From positions 18,838 to 82,837 of the forward strand of contig CBDCCF010000001.1 in the NCBI GenBank assembly GCA_965214695.1: a stretch of DNA of 64,000 bases, given 5' to 3'. Both the position numbers and the translations under genes were made by a program. Of this stretch, positions 1-9,611 are shown piece by piece. Numbering within the stretch: the stretch's first letter is position 1; every line of letters starts with the position of its first letter. This stretch comes from Paracoccaceae bacterium. Its GTDB lineage: Bacteria > Pseudomonadota > Alphaproteobacteria > Rhodobacterales > Rhodobacteraceae. The notes below the pieces were generated by a model. That model was not told the origin of the DNA and ran no database searches. It worked only from the letters and a program-made list of their open reading frames with translations.

Positions 1-25
1 CATAGATTCGTCCATCGTTCATTGC

Positions 26-475
26 TCACGGCTCGAGAGCGAAGGTTGTGTTCAGCATGATCGCTATTTCAACTTTCGACGGAGAGTTGACCAGAGATCC
101 TGCGCTGGACGGTAAACCATTTTCGAAAACTGCAATGACACGACCGAGCGACATCTCCAGCAGATCTGCCATCCGTGTCGCGCGCTGGCGCGCGTCGTCG
201 AGGGCGGCTTTCATTGCCTCCTGTCCCAGCGTTGCGCAGTCCTCGACCAGGAAGGCGATGCTTGCCTCCTAGATGACTGGACCGCGTCGCACTTTCATTT
301 CATCCAGGAGCGCCTGCAACAGCGAGTTGTGTCTGCGGTTGCCGCCCCGCTCTAAGCGGATGAGACAAGAGATGGCGAACCGAAAGGGGAGTAGAGGTCC
401 TTCATGGATGGATGGGCTTGGGTGGTGATGCTTCCCGTCCTTATGGGGAAATAACGATGCAGTTGTTAAGACCAA
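26..475 (-). pseudogene. SIMPL/DUF541-family remnant, N-terminally truncated, with an in-frame TAG
   Basis: ORFs 269-475 and 26-214 share one frame and are separated only by TAG at 269-271. The joined product (..LLQALLDEMKVRRGPVI*EASIAFLVEDCATLGQEAMKAALDDAR..) aligns by eye to the C-terminal half of the intact paralog at 21402-22154. Confidence 0.55.
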
Positions 476-571
476 TCCTTTGCCGTTCCACCAGGGTTAG
501 AATTCGCATTCGATTGGACAAAACCTCCAGGTACACGCTCGGGATACGCACAGCAGGCTGGCCGGGAGGAA

Positions 572-1561
572 TCACCTGGAAAGATTCACTATTTCTATCT
601 CTACATCACTGTAGAGAACAAGGCTGAGGGACAGATAAATCGTTCCCGAACGGATTTCTGACCGATAGAGATCAAACCCTGCTAGAAACATGAATATATC
701 TGGAATGTCAGGGTACTCTGGGTCGTGAACCAAAATTCCAAATTTATAAATTCCTGGGCTGGAGAACACTCTGTCAGTAACAGAGATCGCTTGCTCGAGA
801 GAAACCCCCGATGCAGGGGTTATTTCTGTCAATACTGTAATTCGATCTCCTGCGAACAGAAACAGTAGATTATCTTCCCAAGAAAAGTCACAGTGATTAT
901 CTGCGATAACGTCAGAAGTTAGATGTATCTCCTTTATGATGCCAAGAGAAGCAAGATCAATTGCTGGTGTGCTTGCGGCACCTACAACTAGTCCTCCCGG
1001 AGGGAAGACAATCAACTTGCCTCCAATACAGTGGAGGGAATCAACTGCCGAAGTCGCTCGTGGCGTATGAGTAGGGCGGGGGCGAGGTGTCGAAGTGGGT
1101 TGAGTGGCTAATCGCACATGCTCCGCGTTGGTTGGGGACACCAACTGGCCAAAGACCCACCCAGCCTGGCCATTGTAGTTGATTTCCCACCAGTCGCCGG
1201 CATGATTCTTGCCAGTAATGGGGTATTGTTGGCCGGGGGAAGCCGTGCCAATGATCGGAAAGTTGGTGCCTGGGCCTTGCCGCACGTTCATGTCATTGTT
1301 AATCTTTACCATTGGTCTGGGTGTCGGCGTCGCTGTAGGAGGGATGGGCGTCGACGGAACTGGCGTGTCGGTTGGCGGCACCTGGATTTGCGTGTCTGAT
1401 TCGCCCGTGGTTTCAGAAACTGTCGAGCCGGCCGGCGTGGAGGTAAAGGTCGGTACCGGCGTGTTGGTGGACCGGGGTGGTTCGACTGACGCATTTCGTG
1501 GGCCACATGCGGAAAATAGCAGGACTACAAGCAAAAAAGTCAACGACGGTAGCAAACGCAT
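572..1561 (-). CDS. secreted lipoprotein with a bacterial SH3 domain and a Pro/Thr-rich linker
   Basis: Long ORF. An internal start gives MRLLPSLTFLLVVLLFSACGP (lipobox). SH3b-like segment NVRQGPGTNFPIIGTASPGQQYPITGKNHAGDWWEINYNGQAGWVF. An alternative start lies at 1582. Confidence 0.7.
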   Translation of the reverse strand: MRLLPSLTFLLVVLLFSACGPRNASVEPPRSTNTPVPTFTSTPAGSTVSETTGESDTQIQVPPTDTPVPSTPIPPTATPTPRPMVKINNDMNVRQGPGTNFPIIGTASPGQQYPITGKNHAGDWWEINYNGQAGWVFGQLVSPTNAEHVRLATQPTSTPRPRPTHTPRATSAVDSLHCIGGKLIVFPPGGLVVGAASTPAIDLASLGIIKEIHLTSDVIADNHCDFSWEDNLLFLFAGDRITVLTEITPASGVSLEQAISVTDRVFSSPGIYKFGILVHDPEYPDIPDIFMFLAGFDLYRSEIRSGTIYLSLSLVLYSDVEIEIVNLSR

Positions 1562-2035
1562 TGTATGAGTCCCTTTGTTCATACGACGATGTGCTGACAT
1601 ACGCTGAACGAGTCGGGTAAACGCGCACGTGAACAGCGGGCTAGCCGAATAGATTCTCGCAAAATAATTCAAGTGCGCTAGCAGCATCCATGTGTCTTTG
1701 AACGCTGCGGCTGCGTCCTCACTGTCGATGGGGGCAGCGTAGTTGCGGTTCGAGTTGAACGGCGGGTCGGGGTAGATACTGACTTCTGGTTTGTCGCTCA
1801 TTGTTTGCCTCTTCAGGGGAAGTCCTGGCTGTCCTCTGTTCCACGGGGTCGGGACATCGTTCAAACCTGACGATTCTTTACCCGGGTAGACGCGAACGCG
1901 CACAGAGGACTAGCCTGGGGGAGGAAGAAGAACAGGTTATGTCTGTGTAGAGTGGTATTCTTCGAAACGTTTCCTGCGGGCTGCGAGCGCCTCAGCCTTA
2001 TAGAGCCACCAACCGGCTGTTCGGAGCGTATGCGT

Positions 2036-2170
2036 TGCCGTGTGCCGCCGCTGTTTCTTGACCATCGTTCTTCCCTTTCACAAGCTTGGCCGTTCGCTCC
2101 ATGGATACACCTTCGCTTGTGGTCCAGTTTTTTGGCCCAAGCTCAAACCACTCCCTCTTTCGTCTGAATC
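2036..2170. repeat. 135-bp dispersed repeat, copy 1 (pairs with 2683-2822)
   Basis: About 85% identical by eye to 2683-2822. Shared core: ttcttgacc.tcgttcttccct..cacaagct.ggc.gttcgctccat.gatacac...gtggtccagttttttggcccaagctcaaaccact.cctctttcgtct.aatccggctgt. Confidence 0.8.
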
Positions 2171-2271
2171 CGGCTGTCTATCGCGGTACAGTCCTGCAAG
2201 TACCTTTGTTGGCAAACCGTTCAGGCCGATAGTACTCCCCGCGCTAAGTTGTCTCCTGAAACCAGGTCATT

Positions 2272-2568
2272 TCAGTCAGGAGTCACACCTTCGTCGCTTA
2301 ACAAGCCGGAAGCGACCTCCCGTCCGGCGGGGGTGAGCCTATGTAAGCCGGGACTCTTGGTAGAAGGATAGCGGACCTTTTCAAGGTGCCCAGCTTCGGC
2401 AAGGTGGGCTCTATACTTGGAAAGCTGGAAGTGTAGTTTGTTCCAGTCTTCATCCCAATTGATCTGGTCGGCAATGAAGTTGGTGATCGAGACATTGTCT
2501 GCCTCGCCATCGAAGGTCTCGTAGGCGACGAGCAGGGTTCTTCTCCAGGTCAGCATCCTTTCTGTCAT
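2272..2568 (-). CDS. hypothetical protein (98 aa from MTERML)
   Basis: ORF with an AGGA-type RBS upstream of the ATG at 2568. No recognisable motif. Confidence 0.4.
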   Translation of the reverse strand: MTERMLTWRRTLLVAYETFDGEADNVSITNFIADQINWDEDWNKLHFQLSKYRAHLAEAGHLEKVRYPSTKSPGLHRLTPAGREVASGLLSDEGVTPD

Positions 2569-2682
2569 TTCCTGCCTACCCCCGGTCTTATGTCTTATGG
2601 TGAACCCAAATCTTGGGTCGCCCGATCTGTTCATAGAGTTCCGCTTCCTGCGCCTCCGGCGCAGCCCGGAACTTACAGGCTG

Positions 2683-2822
2683 CCATGCGCCGCCACCGTT
2701 TCTTGACCGTCGTTCTTCCCTTCCACAAGCTCGGCAGTTCGCTCCATTGATACACGTTAGCCTGTGGTCCAGTTTTTTGGCCCAAGCTCAAACCACTGCC
2801 TCTTTCGTCTAAATCCGGCTGT
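2683..2822. repeat. 135-bp dispersed repeat, copy 2
   Basis: See copy 1. It lies immediately downstream of the stop of 2823-3194. Confidence 0.8.
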
Positions 2823-3194
2823 TTATTCGTCATCCTCCCAAACGAAAGGAAGCTGAGCCGCGTCGCGTCGTTGACGCTGCTGGCGACGGGCGGTCCGCCT
2901 GGAGCCGTCACTCCTGCTGCGGCTGTCATGGTAGCGCTTGTATCCTTCCAGGAACCCTGTCTCCCGACCTATCTCATATCCTCTGTCAAACGCTACGGTT
3001 TCTTTTTCCAACCGTCCAGCATCGTATCCTCGGGCATAGGCCTCCTTCCTCTCCTGTTCGTTTTTCCGAACGAACGCTTCATCTCCTTGAGCAAGGAGTT
3101 CCTCTCTTCCCTTTATGCGCCCTTCCTCAAACCCTACTTGCTTCCCGTCCTCATATCCTCGGGCGTACTCCGGGTGCCTCGTCTTTTTCATCAT
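2823..3194 (-). CDS. hypothetical charged protein with repeated (A/D)RGY(E/D)xG motifs
   Basis: 123-aa ORF with three internal repeats: ARGYEDGK, ARGYDAGR and DRGYEIGR. Confidence 0.45.
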   Translation of the reverse strand: MMKKTRHPEYARGYEDGKQVGFEEGRIKGREELLAQGDEAFVRKNEQERKEAYARGYDAGRLEKETVAFDRGYEIGRETGFLEGYKRYHDSRSRSDGSRRTARRQQRQRRDAAQLPFVWEDDE

Positions 3195-3335
3195 ACGTCT
3201 GCCCTATACAAGGATATCACCCGCCTTGCGCGTAGAATCCAGCCATCGCCGACTGGGTGGCGGAGTTGACGTCGGCGCCGACCACTGCCGCGCAGCGCAT
3301 ACGGGCTCCGTAAATGCTCATGCCCTGGCCCTTGG

Positions 3336-3542
3336 TCATTCCTTCGTGCAATGCGCGGGCAGGGGATGGGTGCGAAGGACGGTGGGTTGACCGTCGGGGC
3401 GTTTGAGCATGCGGCGATCGGCATGGCAGTGGATGCAGATCTCGAGCCATTCGATGTTGTTTTCTTCGTTGATGCGCTCGGTGAACTGTATTTTCTGCCA
3501 GGTGTGGCCGTCGCGCGCCTGATCCGGCTTTCTTTTTGTCAT
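3336..3542 (-). CDS. small hypothetical protein (CIHCH motif)
   Basis: ORF only. It may be the front part of a frameshifted longer gene. Confidence 0.25.
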   Translation of the reverse strand: MTKRKPDQARDGHTWQKIQFTERINEENNIEWLEICIHCHADRRMLKRPDGQPTVLRTHPLPAHCTKE

Positions 3543-3807
3543 GGCGCTATCTGATTCCTATCTCAATGCGTTTCTTTCCTGTCCAATCTCCCTCTACACC
3601 GGGAATGGACCTAAGCAGAGCTAGGAGGTTATGAACACCGCGGGTTGAATATCTCAAAGCTCCACTACTGTCTCATTCCGCTATGCCGCGCCAGCGGGCG
3701 TAAATCACCTCTTAACCGGGGCACCCCGATCAGGTTCTGGATACACGTTTACGGCGCATAAAGACTGAATTGATCTCTCGCTGCCACACATTTCCCCTTA
3801 GTGCGGC

Positions 3808-4722
3808 TCAGGTTCCGTCTTTGCGCCGTCGTCTTATCCAAAGCCGCACCAGCCAGATCAGGGCCGCCAGCGGTATCAGAAAGACAAGAAGAAGCGGCGC
3901 CAGGTAGAGGAGTGCCCAGATCAACGCGGTCAGCAACCCCTGCAGCGTTGCCACCAGTGCCCGCAACGCGTTCCGCACCGGCCCACTTGCGCTCCACGGC
4001 TCCTCCACGATTGGCCGGTAAACGCTGTCGGGGATCAGTTCAACTCTGACGGTCGAGAATTCGATCCTGTTATCGAGCAGATTCTTGCGTCCTTGCAGCG
4101 TCTCAATCTCTTCCCGGATCTGCGTCAAGCTGCGGTGGACGGCCAAAATATCCTCTACCTTGGCATTCGGCTTTTCCCTCACCTCCGTCAGCAGGGCCAG
4201 CAACTCGGTCTCGGTGGCGTGCAGATTGCGGCGACGCGCATCCAAGTCACTGTACTGGTCGGTTACATCCTGCCGATTTATGTTCAGATGGTTTACATCG
4301 GTAGCCAGCGCCTGCATCTGGTCCAGTGCTTCGTTCAAGCTGCCAGACGGCACACGCAGCGTCATTGCGCCGTGCAGGGCTTCCGCTTCGTTGTACATGG
4401 CTTGGGAGAGATCGACATCGGCCATATATCCGCCCAGATCCGAGGTGATCTGCTCGATGCCGGCCAACGCGGTCTCGGTGTTGGCCACAACGAGCGAAAT
4501 GTTGGCGTTGGCGATAGTCTGGCGCGTCTCCGCCTCGCTGTCAGCCGCGCGCTGCTCTGTGTCCGCATCTTCGTACTCGATCGCGGGAGCGCTCTCCGGC
4601 ACCGAGTCAGATAAGACCATGTCGGAGGTCGCAGTGGCGCAGGCCGCGCAGGTCCACGCAAGGAGAATCAGCCATACCGGAACGGTTCGTCGAATTCGAC
4701 CCACCGAGCACGCTCCTTCCAA
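3808..4722 (-). CDS. DUF4349-like membrane-anchored protein
   Basis: N-terminal signal/lipobox (LLAWTCAAC). Central coiled-coil region resembles DUF4349 (TLRVPSGSLNEALDQMQALATDVNHLNINRQDVTDQYSDLDARRRNL..). C-terminal TM helices. Confidence 0.7.
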   Translation of the reverse strand: MEGACSVGRIRRTVPVWLILLAWTCAACATATSDMVLSDSVPESAPAIEYEDADTEQRAADSEAETRQTIANANISLVVANTETALAGIEQITSDLGGYMADVDLSQAMYNEAEALHGAMTLRVPSGSLNEALDQMQALATDVNHLNINRQDVTDQYSDLDARRRNLHATETELLALLTEVREKPNAKVEDILAVHRSLTQIREEIETLQGRKNLLDNRIEFSTVRVELIPDSVYRPIVEEPWSASGPVRNALRALVATLQGLLTALIWALLYLAPLLLVFLIPLAALIWLVRLWIRRRRKDGT

Positions 4723-4987
4723 CTCATATGCCCGTTTCTTCAGCTAAAAGGCTATCTCGGATACAACGTATGAAGTTCCTTCCCGGGTGAGAAATGTAAT
4801 CGCCGTTTCAACTGGCTCAACAGGACAGCTTAAGTCCATGCAGCGTTTGATTTGGACAGCCGTCGCCGTCAACGCCATTGTTGGAACTGCCAAATCTTTC
4901 ATCATCGTCTTGAATCGATTGTGCCTCGCCGCCATGGGGAAGGGACGGCGAGTACACGCTTGCGGGCACAGGGGGTTGGCCGGGGGT

Positions 4988-5212
4988 TCAGGAGCCGATC
5001 CAGTCCATGAACGAAATATACGAAATCGAACTGAACAGGAGAGTCGTAACGAACCAAATCCATGTGAAGGTGCGTGATGTCTCGAGTTCTTCCCTCAGCC
5101 CTTTGATTTCGTTCTGCAGGAGCAGGTTTTTGCGTTGCAGCCGGTCGCTCTCTATCTTGAAGAGTTTTGCGTTCGCTGGATGCTGTTGCGTCAGTTCATC
5201 AATGTCGTGCAT
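4988..5212 (-). CDS. small coiled-coil protein with a C-terminal TM helix
   Basis: ORF from MHDIDELTQQ. Heptad-like segment plus hydrophobic tail. No family assigned. Confidence 0.3.
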   Translation of the reverse strand: MHDIDELTQQHPANAKLFKIESDRLQRKNLLLQNEIKGLREELETSRTFTWIWFVTTLLFSSISYISFMDWIGS

Positions 5213-5794
5213 CTTCGAATCCTTCGTCCAGGCACCGCCCGTTCCTCCAGGAAAATTTTGTCCATTTCCCGGGTGACCTCGTGAGCACATGGGAGCTAGC
5301 CGGTGTTAGGTTCAGTCACAGGTTGAACTTTTTGGCGTCGCATCGTCCTTGCATAATTCTTGCAACGGCGACTCGCTAGCGGACGTTGGCGTTGATGACG
5401 GCGGCTACAAAGAAGATGACTATAATGATAGTGATGGCGGACCTAGCGGTGGATGTTTACGATTAAGGTAATGGCGCCAACGACGGGATAGAATAAGGCA
5501 TCATTAAATTATACATCAGGCGCATGACATCGGCGTGTCATTTTGAGCAACCTCTGTATCAAGGTTGTGTCAATATTTCTATGCCTGGTGGAATGGGGTT
5601 ATTTGGACCATGCTCGCGCTGGACAGGGCTTGCAGCCGGTCACTGCGAAAGGGTGGGGCGCGGTGGTCATTGTGCCGGATCTGGCACGTCCTATCAAGCA
5701 GAATAGAGAAATCAAGACCGGCTAGCAGCAGAACGGCACCGGCGCGCAGCGCCCATGCCCATTACTTTACATGCCTGGCCGCATCTTCCTCTGC

Positions 5795-6760
5795 AGCTCA
5801 GTACCAGTCTACGAAGGGTACCTTCAAGGGACGACCTTATACGTGCATCTCGTTTTGCAACAGGGTCGGACACACTAACGGACCGATCCGTTTCCGTCAA
5901 CAACTCTTGCCCTCTACCTCTGGCAACGCTCTGATCCTAGAGTGTGAGGTACAGTTTCTCTGGATCTACTGCTTTCTCCTCGATGACGAGGCGACCGGTT
6001 CTGCCGAAAACGGTCAGGGCGATCTGTTTCCGTCAACAACTCCGGCCTTCTACCTCTGGCAGCGCCCGGACCCTAGAAAGTCCGGTACAGCGTCTGCGGG
6101 GTGGCGTTATCCTCTTGATGACCAGCGCGATCAAGTGCCCAAAGATGGGCAGTCTGTTTCGTTTTCGTCAACAACTATCCGTTTCTACCTCTGGCAGCGC
6201 CCAGACCCTAGCATTCCTGGTCAAGTGTTCCTGGGGCGACGTCTTTCCCCGGTCCCGGAGCGACCGGGTTTCCAAGAGAATACACAAACAGATAAGGGCA
6301 CCCACAAGAGGTGCCCCTACACGTACGGTTCGTTTCGCAACAGGGTAAAAGATGCGCAAAATGGGCCGATCCGTTTCCGTCAACAACTCTTGACTTCTAC
6401 CTCTGGTAATACCCTGATCCTAGAGTTTCTGGAAAAGCTTCCATGGAGCTCTGTTTTTTCCTCGATGACGAGGCGGCCAGCTTGATCAAAAAAGGGCAGA
6501 TCGATCTGTTTTCGTCAACAACTCTATCCGTTTACCTCTGGAGGTTCCCAGATCCTAGCGTACAGTTACAGCGGCTCCGGGCTGCATTCTGCCTCGCGAT
6601 GACGGGGCGGCCGGTTTTTCCGAAAACGGGCAGATCGATCCGTTTCCGTCAACAACCCGATCCGTTTCCGTCAACAACCCGATCCGTTTCCGTCAACAAC
6701 CCCCCCTTTTTCCGTCAACAACTATCCGTTTCTACCTCTGGTAGCACCCGGACCCTAGGA
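5795..6760 (+). repeat. iteron-like complex repeat array (candidate replication origin or regulatory region)
   Basis: Nine or so copies of the core (C)CGTTT(C)CGTCAACAAC, at 5888, 6024, 6161, 6371, 6506, 6640, 6662, 6684 and 6707. Three of them are 22-bp tandem GATCCGTTTCCGTCAACAACCC units at 6637-6700. The cores sit inside about 135-bp higher-order units that also repeat CTACCTCTGGCA..GACCCTAG and the hairpin TCCTCGATGACGAGGCG. Confidence 0.85.
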
Positions 6761-6844
6761 TAGCTAGGTAAAGCTATCCAGGGGACTGCGCTTTTCCTGG
6801 CGGGCGCAGCCCCTGGAGATGGATAAAGGCATGAGTCCTCATTG

Positions 6845-8410
6845 TCAGTGAAAGAGACGTGACAATGGGACGGCGTCGAACGCTCTGTCGCCGCGAAGGT
6901 TATTCACCTGGGTCTGGGCTTCGATAAAGCGCGCCGACGCCCTTATCCGAACGCCGCCGAAGTTGTGGCCGGGACCTGGTTTGCCTGTGATGATGTCTAC
7001 GATTTCGACTGTGTCACCAGCCCCGGCCTCTGCTGACAAGCGGGGCAACAGGTATTCTCGAGTTTCAAGTTCGACCGTCAACCGCTTCCACAGCTGTGCT
7101 GTTGCGTTCAGCGAACGCCGGTCCGACAGGTCGAAGTGGAAGCCAGAGCGTGCCAGAAGATGGGGGTAGGGTATGAATTCCGACGTCGGCCCCGGGCCGC
7201 CCTTCTTTTGCGGGATCAGCAGCCTTGAACGCCGATCCTTTGCGGGGGAGCCGGCGGCGGCGATGAAGTCCTCGCACCCTGCGATCAGGCGGCCGAATGA
7301 TCCGCTTTTGTCTTGTCGATTCGACTGGTTGGTGAGTACGCCGGTCAGGCGATAGCCTTTGCTTTCCGTCCAACGGTAGGGCCATATCCGCAATCCCCCG
7401 TCCGGCAGCCCGCCTGTTTCGATCTCCAATAATGCCCGCCAGTGTCCCGTCGGTGTACGCAGCCACATGGAAACCCAATGTATAGAGTCCCAAGCCCTTT
7501 CCCGCCATCGTTTTCGTTGATCAGGGCTAATGCCGGTCGGATTGAAGCGCCCGGTCATCATTGCGCCCAATCTATCGACGTGCATCACGATGTCTTCCTG
7601 GATGGCCGAACCGAGCACGAGGAGATAAAGCGCATCGCCTGGAAGCGGGTTGCGGCGGTCGATCTTTGCGTGTTGTTCGATTGCCTGGATCATTGCGAGG
7701 CGCAGGTCGATCGCTTGTTGCGTCCCAGGCAGGGGCAGGAGGGTTCGTTCTTCCCTCTTTAATCTGGCCCGCTGCGGCATGTAATGGAGTTGAGACGCGA
7801 CCGGCTCTCCGTCTACTTCTACAACTACCGCATCGGGCATCTGTTCCCATGTTGCCAGGGCTGCGGTTTTGGCCGGGTGGGGTATGCGGGCCAGATTTGC
7901 CGCGCCGGCGGTATAGACTCTTACTTTTTCCGGATCGGTTGGTCGAGTCAGCCATGCTTCTAGCAGGGCGGCCAGCGGGTGTTTCAGAGCGGGTTTAGTG
8001 CCTACGTTCTGATAGATTACGTGAATTGCTTCAAAGCCTGCGACCAGCAGATCTCGAAATGCGCTCTTATCGCTCTGATATGGGTTATCCACCTTGATAA
8101 TCTGCCACTGTTTTTTCGACATCTTTGTGGCTGCCAGCAGATAATGACAACCCCATTGCATCTGCACAAGCTTCACAGCGGATCTGCCGGCTTCTTTTTC
8201 CAACAGGGTGGAGAGCGCTTCAACATCCAGTTTTTTGAGCAGCGCCTCGGCGCGTGTGGTGAATTCCTGCAGGCCTTTACTCAACCACGGCGCTGGTTCG
8301 GTAATTGCGTTGGCGATGTCCCGCGGCTGCGGCTCGGGCGTACTTTGCGGCAGATCGTGTTTTGTCAGGAGTTGCCCGAACAGGTTGCTCCAACGGTTTT
8401 TAAATTTCAC
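6845..8410 (-). CDS. hypothetical 521-aa protein, last gene of the replication-module operon
   Basis: Long ORF overlapping the upstream ATPase gene by 11 nt. No motif recognised. Confidence 0.7.
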   Translation of the reverse strand: MKFKNRWSNLFGQLLTKHDLPQSTPEPQPRDIANAITEPAPWLSKGLQEFTTRAEALLKKLDVEALSTLLEKEAGRSAVKLVQMQWGCHYLLAATKMSKKQWQIIKVDNPYQSDKSAFRDLLVAGFEAIHVIYQNVGTKPALKHPLAALLEAWLTRPTDPEKVRVYTAGAANLARIPHPAKTAALATWEQMPDAVVVEVDGEPVASQLHYMPQRARLKREERTLLPLPGTQQAIDLRLAMIQAIEQHAKIDRRNPLPGDALYLLVLGSAIQEDIVMHVDRLGAMMTGRFNPTGISPDQRKRWRERAWDSIHWVSMWLRTPTGHWRALLEIETGGLPDGGLRIWPYRWTESKGYRLTGVLTNQSNRQDKSGSFGRLIAGCEDFIAAAGSPAKDRRSRLLIPQKKGGPGPTSEFIPYPHLLARSGFHFDLSDRRSLNATAQLWKRLTVELETREYLLPRLSAEAGAGDTVEIVDIITGKPGPGHNFGGVRIRASARFIEAQTQVNNLRGDRAFDAVPLSRLFH

Positions 8411-9611
8411 TTGTCACCTCTCTGCGCCGGGGATCCTTGTTGTCGCTCTTCCGGTCCGGGGCGGTCGTATTCTGGCTGGCTGGCTTTTCTACTTCGGCGA
8501 AGCGGCCTTCGATGAACCACAGGTAGACGGGCTCGGGGGGCGCGCCTTCGTTGAGTTTGTCCACCTGGAGGATACGTTCGCCGCCCGGGGCGGGGACCAG
8601 CTTGCTCTGCTCGTTACCGTCCTTTACTTTCGCGGTTTCAAGTGTCCAGACGGCCTGGACGCCGTTGCGCCAGTCGGTGCTGCCGGACTGTGCGCTGTCG
8701 CCTTTGGGGGGATGGGAGATGATGAGGACGGCGCAGCTGTGGTCTTCGGCCCACTGGTCGAGGGCGGAGAGGAAGGCTCTGACGAGGGCGCGGTCGTTTT
8801 CATTCTGGACGAAGGCGGCGGCGAGGGGGTCGATGACCAGGAGGCGGGCGTGTGCGGCGGCGGCGTAGTCGAGGAGGGCATTCCCGCCTTCGAGCCAGGA
8901 TCCGGCTGTGCTGGTGTGGGCACCCTGTGCTGCGCCCCAGAGGCCGCCTGAGGGGCGCATGTTCACGTAGTGCAGCTGACCGGTCAGTTGACGGATTCGT
9001 TCTGCCCGGTCTGCGCCCTGACCGCAGACGGCGGCAAGGCGGTTTTGCCAAGCGAGGAGCCTGGTCTCCCAGGCGGCAAAAACGACCGGGCCTGCGGCGA
9101 GAAGTTGGGGCGCTTTGAGGCCGTTCAGAATGGCAGCGCCGCTCTCCGTCTGAATGAAGCGTTCGGCGCCGGTTGCCACGGCCACTGCGAGCTGCAGGGC
9201 GATGCGGCTTTTGCCGGCGCCGCCGGCACCGGTCAGCACGGAGAGGGTGGCGTCCGGCATCCAGTCTTTGACAAGCCAGGAGACCGGGGGCGGGTTCGGG
9301 CTGTGGTCGGTCAGTACGTTGGCCAGGGCCGGGCCGGGGTTGAGAAGCTGCCGGATTTTGGATTTGGCCTTCTGCTGATCTGCATCATTTTGTGAGCGCA
9401 GACCTTCGGCTATGTCTGCACCGGTAGGCGCGGCGGCGCCGGCATATTGACCGGCCGCCAGGGCTGTCTGGAGGATGGCCCTGGCTTTCGGATCGTCATT
9501 GCCGGCCGCCAGGGCTGCCTTAAGCTTGTCGTATGCCGCGGCTACGGGGTCGGGCAGGATGTGTTCGGTTTCGGCTGCGATCTGCGGCCGTCCGTTTTGT
9601 CGTTCATTCAT
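8400..9611 (-). CDS. RecA-fold ATPase, RepA/AAA_25-like (plasmid/phage replicative helicase type)
   Basis: Walker A LTGAGGAGKSRIALQLAVAVATG and Walker B-like LLVIDPLAAAF. Overlaps the primase-like gene by 8 nt. Confidence 0.78.
   Translation of the reverse strand: MNERQNGRPQIAAETEHILPDPVAAAYDKLKAALAAGNDDPKARAILQTALAAGQYAGAAAPTGADIAEGLRSQNDADQQKAKSKIRQLLNPGPALANVLTDHSPNPPPVSWLVKDWMPDATLSVLTGAGGAGKSRIALQLAVAVATGAERFIQTESGAAILNGLKAPQLLAAGPVVFAAWETRLLAWQNRLAAVCGQGADRAERIRQLTGQLHYVNMRPSGGLWGAAQGAHTSTAGSWLEGGNALLDYAAAAHARLLVIDPLAAAFVQNENDRALVRAFLSALDQWAEDHSCAVLIISHPPKGDSAQSGSTDWRNGVQAVWTLETAKVKDGNEQSKLVPAPGGERILQVDKLNEGAPPEPVYLWFIEGRFAEVEKPASQNTTAPDRKSDNKDPRRREVTSEI

Noticed and set aside
572-1903. 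Full 443-aa version of the SH3 lipoprotein ORF
   Set aside because: The first 114 residues precede a clear signal peptide/lipobox and look noncoding, so I preferred the internal start at 1561 (or 1582).
5565-6485. 306-aa plus-strand ORF (and overlapping ORFs 5944-6348 and 6443-6763) across the repeat field
   Set aside because: The peptide is just the repeat translated over and over (GPIRFRQQLL.STSGN..). It has no start context and there is no stop only because the repeats are stop-free, so I treat it as noncoding repeat DNA.
5795-6760. Possibility that the repeat field is a second, degenerate CRISPR array
   Set aside because: Spacing is irregular (22 to about 215 bp), the sequences between the repeats are themselves repeated, three cores are directly tandem, and no leader or cas context exists.
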